From contig JALNYN010000002.1 of the NCBI GenBank assembly GCA_023229825.1, positions 17,789 to 81,788 of the forward strand: DNA of 64,000 bases, given 5' to 3'. This document shows, piece by piece, positions 56,769 to 64,000 of this stretch. Positions within the stretch are counted from its first letter, which is position 1. The number at the start of each line of letters is the position of its first letter. The notes beneath the pieces are model-generated. The model saw nothing but the letters and a program-made list of their open reading frames with translations, was not told the DNA's origin and made no database searches. Source of the DNA: Minisyncoccota bacterium. Lineage in GTDB: Bacteria > Patescibacteriota > Minisyncoccia > Phycocordibacterales > CAIJYI01. Both the position numbers and the translations under genes were made by a program.

Positions 56769-58589
56769 TTATTTCACTCCGTGTTTTTTTCGTATTTCCT
56801 TCAATTCTTCTTCTTCCACCTCGGCTTTCTTCTCTTTCCCTTCTTCCCCTAGTTTTTTAAGCTCTTCTTCCGGGAGTTTAATGAGTTCCAGCGTGCGTTT
56901 TTCAAGATATTCTTCGGTATTTACCTTCGGATCTTCTAAAACCTCCTCGAGTAAGGCGTGAAGGATCAAGCCGAGTTTTGGTCCGGGTGTTTCATGTGTA
57001 ACCTCCATTATCCTCGTTCCGTCAATTTTAAGCATCCCCACAGACACCGGCGAGCGCATCGCCTCCTCGATCATAGCCTCATATTTACGCAAACGATAGG
57101 GTTTTTCAACCGGTCGTCCCATTCCCGTACGGTCGCAGGCGCGAATCTTCATAAGATCCCACACATTTTCAGCGCCGACATTAGCCACGATCCTTCTGAC
57201 TGCTGAAAGCGTTATTTTCTCGATATCTGAGAAAAACATGTGATATTTCACGAGAGCCGAAACCGTCTGGGTTAGTTTCACGGGAAACTTTAATCGTTCC
57301 ATTATCTTCTTTGAAACTCTGCCTCCGACAACGTCATGCCCATAAAACGTCCATTTATCCTTCTCTTGTGACCATCTGCGCGTCTCAGGTTTGGAAATGT
57401 CGTGCAATAAAGCCGCAAGCCGAATGTGGAGCGGCCATCCGTGTTTCACCGCAGTATCAAGTGCGCGCAGATTGTGCTCCCAGATCGTATAAATATGCAT
57501 GCCTTTCTGCTCAAGACCGATCCCTTTTTCCAGTTCCGGAACGATAAATCGAAGCAAATTAAGCTCATGAGCCAAGATAATACCGCTCATGGCGTTATCC
57601 GACATAAGTATTTTTATGAATTCATCACGAATTCTTTCACATGAAACACTTTTCAAACTATCCGAAAGCCGAATAATGGCCTCTTTTGTCTCCTTTTCGA
57701 TCATAAAACCAAGCTGTGCCGAGAAACGAACCGCGCGCAAAAGGCGGAGGGCATCCTCACCAAAACGTTCCTTCGGCTTCCCTACTGTTCTGATTATTTT
57801 GCTATCAATGTCATTTTGTCCTTTATAAAGGTCAACGAGCGTTCCGTCGAACGGATTATAAGCCAAAGCGTTTATGGTAAAATCTCGCCGTTTCAGGTCA
57901 TCCTCAAGTTTTTTACTAAAGATCACATGATCCGGGTGCCGGCTGTCGCTATAGTCAGATTCAGTGCGGTAAGGCGTAACCTCCACGATGACGGTTTCGT
58001 CTGAAACATAGTTGCCTGTTTCATGTGCAACATTAAGTTCCTCTTTTTCCACTTGTACTGAGTTATGCCGAAGGGTTTCATCCTCCTCCGCTGAAGCTAT
58101 GGAGGACATGTGTGTAACTTCCCCACCCGTCATTCCGGACAGGGATCCGGAATCCACGTCGTTTGTTGCCTTCCTTGAGCCATGCCGAAGGGTTTCATAT
58201 GTAACGTTATTTTCCTCTTTTCCTTCAGTTTCACGTGACACTATTTGATTGATCGCTCGCGTGGCTCGCTGGGGCGTAGGGGCCAGTCTGAGGACTGGCG
58301 TATGAAGGTCCGAGGTTTCGACACTTTCCCCTGTTTCATGTGTAACATCATCTTCTGTTTTTATCACTACGCCAACGGTTCCGTAGTCATTTTCATAAAA
58401 TGTCTTCTCAAATAACCCGATTATTTCTTCCGGTACGGCATTCGTGGTAACATCCCAATCTTTAGGGATTCTTCCCAAAATCAGATCTCGCACGCACCCT
58501 CCAACCAAATACGCCTCAAAACCGGCACCCCGCAAGGTCTCGGTTACACGTGTAACATATGACGGAATTTTCGATTTTAAGTCGTTCAT
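56769..58589 (-). CDS. cca: CCA-adding enzyme/poly(A) polymerase-family tRNA nucleotidyltransferase with HD domain, carrying a ~115-aa in-frame insertion built from repeat elements
   Basis: N-terminal LVGGCVRDLILGRIPKDWDVTT (NTase glycine motif); after the insert RRDFTINALAYN and HD-domain LAALLHDISKPETR. Insert translated from 58010-58350 contains repeat-derived peptides PTPQRATRAINQIV (family-B element 58247-58282), DVDSGSLSGMTGG (family-C hairpin 58128-58161) and repeated VTHETG/ETLRH units. Confidence 0.85.
   Translation of the reverse strand: MNDLKSKIPSYVTRVTETLRGAGFEAYLVGGCVRDLILGRIPKDWDVTTNAVPEEIIGLFEKTFYENDYGTVGVVIKTEDDVTHETGESVETSDLHTPVLRLAPTPQRATRAINQIVSRETEGKEENNVTYETLRHGSRKATNDVDSGSLSGMTGGEVTHMSSIASAEEDETLRHNSVQVEKEELNVAHETGNYVSDETVIVEVTPYRTESDYSDSRHPDHVIFSKKLEDDLKRRDFTINALAYNPFDGTLVDLYKGQNDIDSKIIRTVGKPKERFGEDALRLLRAVRFSAQLGFMIEKETKEAIIRLSDSLKSVSCERIRDEFIKILMSDNAMSGIILAHELNLLRFIVPELEKGIGLEQKGMHIYTIWEHNLRALDTAVKHGWPLHIRLAALLHDISKPETRRWSQEKDKWTFYGHDVVGGRVSKKIMERLKFPVKLTQTVSALVKYHMFFSDIEKITLSAVRRIVANVGAENVWDLMKIRACDRTGMGRPVEKPYRLRKYEAMIEEAMRSPVSVGMLKIDGTRIMEVTHETPGPKLGLILHALLEEVLEDPKVNTEEYLEKRTLELIKLPEEELKKLGEEGKEKKAEVEEEELKEIRKKHGVK
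58010..58350. repeat. Composite repeat insertion inside cca: short GTTACACATGAAAC-type units, a ~112-bp internal tandem duplication (gccgaagggtttcat... at 58066 and 58178), one family-C hairpin and one family-B element
   Basis: Seen directly; stays in-frame across the whole insertion. Confidence 0.8.
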
Positions 58590-58672
58590 ATTTTTGTGTT
58601 CTCATTATACATTATTTTTGTTCACTTTTCCACATTGATTCTCTTGAACCAAGGAAGTATAATAAATGTAAC

Positions 58673-59347
58673 ATGAAATCCAAGGTTTCAGAAAAAATGA
58701 AAGTAATTGAGCTAAGAAAACAAGGGCTCAGTTATAAAGAAATACTAGAAATAGTTCCGGTTGCAAAAAGTTCGCTATCAGGATGGTTAACAAATCTTGA
58801 CCTAACGGATGAACAAATTTCTGCATTAAAAAAGAGGGCAGTGGATGGACGCACTCTTGGGGTATTTAATGCTGTTATTTCAAACAGAAACAGACGAATC
58901 GCTCGAGAAGCATCAATTTTTAAAATTGCAAAAATAGAATTTGAAAAGTTTAAAGATGATCCGTTTTTTGTTTTGGGGGTAAGTCTTTACTGGGCGGAAG
59001 GAACTAAAAAATTTTCTGAGTTTCAGTTTATTAATTCAGATCCGCAAATGATTAAAATTATGGTTCGTTGGATAAAAGAATATATGGGTTTCAGCAAAGA
59101 GTCTTTAAAAATAAGGTTATTTATACATCAACCATACGCAGACGAAAAATGTGAGGAATTTTGGTCTGATATTTTAGGAATTCCATCAAATACATTTTAT
59201 AAAACCATATATAAACAAACGCCGCATAATGTTAAAAAGAACCCTAAATACAAAGGTTGTTTAAGAATTGGTATCGGTAAAATCGAAAATCTGAGAAAAG
59301 TGCTTGCATGGCAACGATTATTATGTGATTATTATTCTGTAAGCTAA
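58673..59347 (+). CDS. HTH-domain protein, paralog of 60087..60770; possible degenerate LAGLIDADG-type endonuclease
   Basis: N-terminal resolvase-type HTH VIELRKQGLSYKEILEIVPVAKSSLSGWL; central FFVLGVSLYWAEGTKK (compare LFIAGIMLYWGEGDKV in the paralog). Start at ATG 58673; the track ORF starts at 58559. Confidence 0.4.
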   Translation: MKSKVSEKMKVIELRKQGLSYKEILEIVPVAKSSLSGWLTNLDLTDEQISALKKRAVDGRTLGVFNAVISNRNRRIAREASIFKIAKIEFEKFKDDPFFVLGVSLYWAEGTKKFSEFQFINSDPQMIKIMVRWIKEYMGFSKESLKIRLFIHQPYADEKCEEFWSDILGIPSNTFYKTIYKQTPHNVKKNPKYKGCLRIGIGKIENLRKVLAWQRLLCDYYSVS

Positions 59348-59356
59348 ATGAATTAC

Positions 59357-59428
59357 GTCCTCGTAGTGAAACGGATATCACGCAACGCTTCGAACGTTGT
59401 ATTCCAGGTTCGAGTCCTGGCGAGGGCA
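59357..59428 (+). tRNA. tRNA-Arg (anticodon UCG)
   Basis: Manual fold: acceptor gtcctcg/cgagggc (one G-U), D-stem gtga/tcac, anticodon stem caacg/cgttg with loop cTTCGaa, T-arm ccagg-ttcgagt-cctgg, discriminator A; no encoded CCA. Confidence 0.7.
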
Positions 59429-59580
59429 CAGTAGCGAAGCGGATGTGGCCTCGAGCAAGTGACCTGCGTCACTTGCGCCCAGGACTCGAAAGGGTTTTCG
59501 TTATTTGTGAGGATCGTAATCCGAACAAATCGGAAACCACCCGCGACGGTAGTCGAGAGTCCTGGCGAGGGCACTATTTG

Positions 59581-59634
59581 GTTGATCGCTCGCGCGGCTC
59601 GCTGGGGCGTAGGGAGTCGGCTGTGGGCCGACAG
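59581..59634 (+). repeat. Family-B GC-rich element (gttgatcgctcgcgcggctcgctggggcgtagg + hairpin gtcggctgtgggccgac)
   Basis: Conserved 34-nt 5' part shared with 58247-58300 and 63362-63414, each followed by a different short hairpin. A duplicate of the tRNA-Arg 3' end (tcgagagtcctggcgagggcac, 59555-59576) lies just upstream. Confidence 0.8.
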
Positions 59635-59670
59635 GTGAAAACCAATGGTTTTCATACTTTCCTTTCGTGA

Positions 59671-59994
59671 ATGAAAAAAAATAATATGGCTAAAACACTC
59701 AAAGAACTACAAGAAATAATGGTTATTCAATTGAAACGCCGTGGATTTTATCCGAAAGATGATAAAGAAGTTTTGTTACGATTAGGAGAAGAGGTTGGAG
59801 AAGTTATGGAGGCGGTTCGAGAAAATCAAAGTAAGGAGGATTTGAGTCATGAAATGGTGGATGTTTTTTGGAACCTTCTTCGTTTGGCGGAATTGAAAGA
59901 TATAGATTTGGAAAAAGCGTTTATTGAAAAATGGGAAATAAACGAAAAACGTCCGATAAACAAAGTCGTTATGGATATTTCTGAGAATAGTTAA
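59671..59994 (+). CDS. MazG-like nucleotide pyrophosphohydrolase domain protein
   Basis: LRLGEEVGEVMEAVRENQSKEDLSHEMVDVFWNLLRLAE matches the MazG/NTP-PPase helical core. Confidence 0.6.
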   Translation: MKKNNMAKTLKELQEIMVIQLKRRGFYPKDDKEVLLRLGEEVGEVMEAVRENQSKEDLSHEMVDVFWNLLRLAELKDIDLEKAFIEKWEINEKRPINKVVMDISENS

Positions 59995-60086
59995 TTTTAA
60001 AAAATTATGGATAAGTATTATATCCACAATTTTTTATAGTAAAAACCGAAACCCCGTGATATACTAATACTATAACAAATAAAAAA

Positions 60087-60770
60087 ATGAGAAAAGATAA
60101 AGAAAAAGCGATACAATTAAGGCACGAAGGGAAGAGCTATCGAGAAATTAAGAAAGAATTGAGTGTTCCTTTGAGTACACTTTCAGAATGGCTCGCTCCA
60201 TACGATTGGTCGAAAAATATTGCGCATTCATTAGCGGAGATCGCAAAAGAAAAAAATACCATTCGCCTCCGTTCTTTAAATGGAATTCGGAATGAACACT
60301 TAAGACACGCTTATGAGGATGCACGCAGTGAGGCGGTGGAAGAATTTCAGGTTTTAAAATATCACCCATTATTTATAGCTGGAATTATGTTGTATTGGGG
60401 AGAAGGAGATAAAGTAACCAAAGGTCACGTTAAACTAACCAATACCGACACGGCAATGGTAAAAATTTATGTTAATTTTCTTTTAAGTGTTTGCCGAGTA
60501 GAAAAAGAAAAAATACGATGTTCTTTGTTGCTCTATCCGGATCTTGATGACGAAGTGTGTAAAAACAACTGGAGAAAAAATGCCGGACTCGAAAACATTC
60601 ATTTTGGCAAAAGTACGGTAATACAGGGAAGACATAAAACAAAGAGATTACAAACGGGAATTTGTATAGTAAGCGTTTCAAGTAGTTATTTTAAGGAAAA
60701 AATATTAATTTGGACAAAAATGCTTGCCGAAGAACTTATATCTCCAGATTATTATAATTTTAGGTTGTAA
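60087..60770 (+). CDS. HTH-domain protein, paralog of 58673..59347
   Basis: AIQLRHEGKSYREIKKELSVPLSTLSEWL; LFIAGIMLYWGEGDK. Confidence 0.4.
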   Translation: MRKDKEKAIQLRHEGKSYREIKKELSVPLSTLSEWLAPYDWSKNIAHSLAEIAKEKNTIRLRSLNGIRNEHLRHAYEDARSEAVEEFQVLKYHPLFIAGIMLYWGEGDKVTKGHVKLTNTDTAMVKIYVNFLLSVCRVEKEKIRCSLLLYPDLDDEVCKNNWRKNAGLENIHFGKSTVIQGRHKTKRLQTGICIVSVSSSYFKEKILIWTKMLAEELISPDYYNFRL

Positions 60771-60829
60771 TAATTTTATTTTTAAGTATACTTAGATTTA
60801 TACAAAATACAAAATTGCAAATACTTGAC

Positions 60830-60900
60830 GCGGGTATAGTTTAGTGGTAGAATATGACATTGCCAATGTTAAGGCGCGGTTTCGATTACCGCTACCCGCA
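60830..60900 (+). tRNA. tRNA-Gly (anticodon GCC)
   Basis: Manual fold: acceptor gcgggta/tacccgc, anticodon stem tgaca/tgtta with loop tTGCCaa, T-arm gcggt-ttcgatt-accgc, discriminator A. Terminator 60908-60934 follows. Confidence 0.75.
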
Positions 60901-60983
60901 CAGTGAGAAAAAACCGCTATATAGCGGTTTTTTTGTTACGCGGGAAACTTTATTTCAGAGATCGTTTCGTGTATACTATAACT

Positions 60984-61295
60984 ATGGAAATTAAACCTGA
61001 ATTTGAATCCGCCCTTATATTGCATAACGTTCGCGAATTTGTCATGGATAAGAGAAAGTTTGACGAATGCATACCGGAAAACCTGAAAGAGGGAAGAGAG
61101 TATGGTTTTTTGGTGTCGGGACAGCGAAACTATTGGATCCTTGGAAAATTTCCGTTACACGAGAAACTGGAGGACGGAACCACATCAGAAGACCCACGCG
61201 CCATCATCAATATTTTTGAGGTAACTCACTTTATCGATAACGGACAGATATGCACGAAGGGGAAATATAAGATACTGCAGGTTGTTGGACAATAG
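60984..61295 (+). CDS. Hypothetical protein
   Basis: ~103 aa from the internal ATG (MEIKPEF...); the track ORF start overlaps the tRNA-Gly terminator. Confidence 0.4.
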   Translation: MEIKPEFESALILHNVREFVMDKRKFDECIPENLKEGREYGFLVSGQRNYWILGKFPLHEKLEDGTTSEDPRAIINIFEVTHFIDNGQICTKGKYKILQVVGQ

Positions 61296-61384
61296 GATTT
61301 ACGGATTTACGGATTTACGGATTTACGGATTTACGGATTTACGGATTTACGGATTTACAGATTTAAGGATTTACGATTTAAGAA
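61295..61384 (+). repeat. Tandem array of the 8-mer GGATTTAC (8 perfect plus ~3 degenerate units)
   Basis: ggatttac x8 then agatttaaggatttacgatttaag; the same unit forms the inverted arrays at 12634-12718. Confidence 0.9.
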
Positions 61385-61690
61385 TGTGGATGGACACTCT
61401 GTCCGGCGATAGAACTGATTTTGTAGCTGATTCCGTTCGTTTTCCCTTATACTTATACTAATCCCTTATACTTTTGTGTGGATAACTCAGGGGATATGTG
61501 TATAAAAGACATTGAAATTTGTCCTTCGCAAGCATTCATCTTTTGACCGATTGTCAATAAATGTGGCTAAAAATAACAATATTTGTTTCGGTCGTCAAGG
61601 AAAAAGTCCTTCATTATGAAGGAAATAAATCGACGTTTCACATGAAACGTCGATTTTGTTAATTTTTCTCAAAAGGAGTATTCTTTTGAT

Positions 61691-62206
61691 ATGAAGAAAG
61701 TGAAAAAGAAGACTGAAAAACGAAAAATAGGGGATATGGGGGAGAAGATCGCCGGACGTTTTTTGCAATCCAAGGGGTTTGAAATTGTTAGTTGGAATTA
61801 CTTAAAACCATGGGGAGAAATTGATATTATCGTTCGGAAAAAACGGAAGATACATTTTATTGAAGTAAAGACAGTATCCGTTACCGGCTTTGTTTTTTTG
61901 CAAGAAACACCGAATTTTTTACACAAATGTAAAACTTTTGTGGCAGACAAAATATCTCGTCCGGAAATGGCTTATAGTATTCGAGAAGTTTCAGGTGAAA
62001 CATTATCTCTCGAAATTGACGGTTATCGTCCGGAAGATAATTTGCACCCATGGAAACTTAAACGGTTAAAACGAGCCATTCAGTCATATTTAGCCGAAAA
62101 AAGGATCTCGGAAGAAGATGACTGGCAATTTGATGCAGTGACGGTAAGGATCGACGAGGAAGGAAAGACCGCCCTCGTCGAATATCTGGAGGATATTATT
62201 CTATAG
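61691..62206 (+). CDS. yraN: YraN/UPF0102-family endonuclease-like protein with C-terminal extension
   Basis: GDMGEKIAGRFLQSKGFEIVSWNYLKPWGEIDIIVRKKRKIHFIEVKT matches the family core. Confidence 0.65.
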   Translation: MKKVKKKTEKRKIGDMGEKIAGRFLQSKGFEIVSWNYLKPWGEIDIIVRKKRKIHFIEVKTVSVTGFVFLQETPNFLHKCKTFVADKISRPEMAYSIREVSGETLSLEIDGYRPEDNLHPWKLKRLKRAIQSYLAEKRISEEDDWQFDAVTVRIDEEGKTALVEYLEDIIL

Positions 62207-62247
62207 ATCTCCCAACGTTGGAAAAAGAGGGATCTTAAGATCGTGTA

Positions 62248-62673
62248 TTACCGATTGAGGTAGGTAATCGTTAATTGGAGCACGGTCGCGAAGGAAACCC
62301 AGAGGAAATAGGGAGCCTGAAGATAAGCGACCCATTTCACGTGAGGATATATGGCGATGATCGCCCAGATGAGCGTGCCGAGGACGAGGAGGATGTCAAG
62401 GGATGCGAGAAGGTTATTTTTTAGACCGAACTGAATGGGGGAGAAAGCAAGATTGAAAACAAGATTCAAAATAAAAGGAATAGCGATGGCGAACGGTAAT
62501 TCTTTGTTCCAAGCCATGATGAACACTTTCCCGAATGAAATTATGATCAGGGCATAAAGAAAGGTCCAAGCCGGCCCAAAAACCCACGAGGGCGGCGCCC
62601 ATGAAGGTTTTATTAATTGAGAATACCATGTAATTGTCTTATCCATAGCTTTACTATAACATAGTAGCTTCAT
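62248..62673 (-). CDS. tspO: TspO/MBR-family tryptophan-rich membrane protein
   Basis: 141 aa, 5 TM, Trp-rich (WYSQLIKPSWAPPSWVFGPAWTFLY). Confidence 0.75.
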   Translation of the reverse strand: MKLLCYSKAMDKTITWYSQLIKPSWAPPSWVFGPAWTFLYALIIISFGKVFIMAWNKELPFAIAIPFILNLVFNLAFSPIQFGLKNNLLASLDILLVLGTLIWAIIAIYPHVKWVAYLQAPYFLWVSFATVLQLTITYLNR

Positions 62674-62724
62674 ACTGTGAATTTTCTCTTTACTTTTTAC
62701 ACATTAGTGCTATACTGTAAGTGT

Positions 62725-62845
62725 ACGGCGGGGACGCGAACAGAAGAGGGGATGTCACAGGACGAAGGGTCTCCCGCCACGAAAGCAACCTGAAAAGGGT
62801 TTCTAGCGCGGTTCCTGAACTTGCGTCCGCCGTACACAAAAGAGC
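62725..62845 (+). ncRNA. Candidate structured small RNA (~120-nt extended hairpin), identity unresolved
   Basis: GC-rich island in an AT-rich region. Terminal pairing gtgtacggcgg/ccgccgtacac and ggacgc/gcgtcc with internal loops; no ORF; followed by a T-run (gggtgttttttt). Could not be matched by eye to SRP, 6S, tmRNA or RNase P consensus. Confidence 0.3.
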
Positions 62846-62914
62846 ATCCCTTAGGGTGTTTTTTTGTTCCTTTTATGGTAGGATTAAGCGAAAGTCGAAA
62901 AAAGTTAAAAGTAC

Positions 62915-63360
62915 CGGTAGTATCCTGCTTCGCCAGAGGCTACGCAGGACGCGGCGTCTGCTTTGGGGTCGAATGTATAATTGTTTCTTTAAGCTCTTCT
63001 ATAAAATAATAACTACAGTGTCGGGGCGTAGTATACCGGTAGTACGTCTGCTTTGGGGTTCGTTTTTATTGTCGGGGTGTAGTATACCGGTAGTACGTCT
63101 GCTTTGGGAGCAGATAGACCGAGTTCGATTCTCGGCACCCCGACAATAAAAAAGAACCGGAAACATCCTAAATGTTTCCGCGGCCCGAAGGGAGATAGAC
63201 CGAGTTCGATTCTCGGCGCCCCGACACTGTAGTTATTTTTAGATCAGAGGAGCTTAAAGAAACAATTATATATTTGACCGGAAGTGTCTAAACACTTCCG
63301 TGGCCCGAAGGGAGATAGACCGAGTTCTCCGCCAGCTGGCGGATCGGGGCCCCGACAATC
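62915..63360 (+). repeat. Cluster of tRNA-Pro-derived fragments and short hairpins surrounding the intact tRNA-Pro
   Basis: 5'-half copy 63020-63058 (gtcggggcgtagtataccggtagtacgtctgctttgggg). 3'-part copies 63186-63226 and 63303-63356 (…gggagatagaccgagttc…ccccgaca), each preceded by a ccggaa…ttccgg hairpin. Further fragment 62917-62970. ctacagtg/cactgtag at 63013 and 63228. Confidence 0.8.
63073..63143 (+). tRNA. tRNA-Pro (anticodon UGG)
   Basis: Manual fold: acceptor cggggtg/caccccg, D-stem gtat/gtac, anticodon stem tctgc/gcaga with loop tTTGGGa, T-arm ccgag-ttcgatt-ctcgg, discriminator A. Confidence 0.7.
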
Positions 63361-63361
63361 T

Positions 63362-63414
63362 GATTGATTGCGAGCGCGGCTCGCTGGGGCGTAGGAGTCA
63401 GTCTGCTGACTGAC
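63362..63414 (+). repeat. Family-B GC-rich element (gattgattgcgagcgcggctcgctggggcgtagg + hairpin gtcagtctgctgactgac)
   Basis: Third copy of the conserved 5' part, with its own hairpin. Confidence 0.8.
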
Positions 63415-63535
63415 GGGAAAAACCTGCGGGTTTTTCGAAAAAAACGTGAAATAAAAATATATGAGTAACGAAACAAGTAAAAATCATCTTTTGTAAGAAA
63501 TTACGATCTTGTTCGTCTTTACAGGTGTACAACCC

Positions 63536-64000
63536 ATGCAAGAAAAGGAAAATCAGTTTTTGGTAAGTTATGATGCGCATGCGGACGCGCTCTTTCGGTT
63601 TGCCTATTTTCAGGTGTCGGACAGGGAAGCGGCGAACGATATTGTGCAGGATGTTTTTATGGAGACATGGAAATACCTTTCAGAAGGAGGAGAAATAGAG
63701 AATTTTCGGGCTTTTCTGTATCGCGTTGCACGAAATCGAATCATCGATCATTATCGAAAACATAGATCTCAGTCGCTTGATGCCATTCAAGAAAGCGGAA
63801 TGGATTTTTCAGACGAGCGAAGCAGAGAAGTATCGGAAGCCCGGTCGGAAGCGATGCATATACTCCGACTCCTTGATCGCGTCGATAAAAAATATCGGGA
63901 ACCGGTATTACTCAGGTATATGGAAGGAATGGGGGTGAAAGAGATCGCACAAATTTTGGATGAGTCCGAAAGTAACACGTCGGTTTTGATCCATCGCGGG
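63536..64000 (+). CDS. RNA polymerase sigma-70 factor, ECF subfamily (3'-partial, runs off window end)
   Basis: Region 2 DIVQDVFMETWKY...FLYRVARNRIIDHYRK and region 4 PVLLRYMEGMGVKEIAQIL; ATG at 63536; no stop before 64000. Confidence 0.8.
   Translation, partial: MQEKENQFLVSYDAHADALFRFAYFQVSDREAANDIVQDVFMETWKYLSEGGEIENFRAFLYRVARNRIIDHYRKHRSQSLDAIQESGMDFSDERSREVSEARSEAMHILRLLDRVDKKYREPVLLRYMEGMGVKEIAQILDESESNTSVLIHRG

Noticed and set aside
59353-59655. 100-aa (-) ORF with RLPTPQRAARAINQIV peptide; similarly 63288-63476(-)
   Set aside because: Each overlaps tRNA-Arg (or tRNA-Pro fragments) and family-B elements. The shared peptide is just the translated repeat.
61295-61384. Possible CRISPR array (regular 8-bp repeats)
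   Set aside because: Units are contiguous 8-mers with no spacers and no cas genes in the window, so it is a microsatellite-like tandem repeat.
62725-62845. Assigning the GC-rich hairpin as SRP RNA, 6S RNA or tmRNA
   Set aside because: The conserved SRP helix-8 motif, tmRNA tRNA-like ends and 6S central bubble could not be matched by eye. It is kept only as an unassigned candidate.
62721-63149. 142-aa (+) ORF
   Set aside because: It spans the GC-rich hairpin and the tRNA-Pro fragments/tRNA itself, and its translation is repeat-derived (…SGRSIPVVRLLWGSFLLSGCSIPVVRLLWEQ…). Not a gene.
62915-63414. Integrated genomic island or prophage at the tRNA-Pro locus
   Set aside because: The repeated tRNA 3' ends suggested att sites, but the units are ~120 bp and no integrase/recombinase or phage genes are nearby. 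Repeat-element activity or slippage is more plausible.
1-64000. rRNA genes
   Set aside because: No 16S/23S/5S-like conserved stretches seen; only three tRNAs were found.

Overview
Low-GC bacterial chromosome segment whose gene content suggests a Patescibacteria/CPR-type genome under the standard genetic code; this lineage call is an inference. The window spans the replication-origin neighbourhood: a (-)-strand dnaA-dnaN-DUF721 block with a DnaA-box cluster in the dnaN-dnaA spacer, and divergent rpmH-rnpA-yidD-yidC on the (+) strand. Next to the origin is a 2579-aa RHS/YD-repeat polymorphic toxin (SpvB N-terminal domain, FG-GAP propeller, RHS shell, extra beta-sandwich inserts). It ends in a glycine-zipper-like C-terminal toxin domain and is followed immediately by a small 2-TM candidate immunity gene. 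A ~15 kb (-)-strand cluster (15.1-30.2 kb) encodes a type IV secretion-like apparatus. It has a VirB4 ATPase, a TrbL/VirB6-like polytopic protein with a long charged tail, and three tandem VirB2/TrbC-like pilin paralogs that share a near-identical N-terminal module and differ in their C-terminal domains (one lysozyme/transglycosylase-like). Bitopic and secreted proteins and two 'four-helix-bundle' (23S-IVS-type) genes, each bracketed by inverted repeats, are interspersed. Housekeeping genes elsewhere include ksgA, a UvrD/PcrA helicase carrying an intein, an LysM-M23 peptidase, a GH13 enzyme, Fic, comM/yifB, dksA-like, pnp, xth, cca, mazG-like, yraN and tspO, plus tRNA-Arg, tRNA-Gly and tRNA-Pro and the 5' part of an ECF sigma factor. 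The most unusual property is a set of GC-rich palindromic repeat families in an AT-rich background. One family flanks an IS200/RAYT-type HUH transposase in perfect inverted orientation, which is a REP/RAYT arrangement. Copies of these palindromes sit in-frame inside ksgA and cca, form the 5' end of the virB4 ORF and the 3' end of another ORF, and punctuate fragmented tRNA-Pro copies. No CRISPR array, rRNA or obvious prophage was found.
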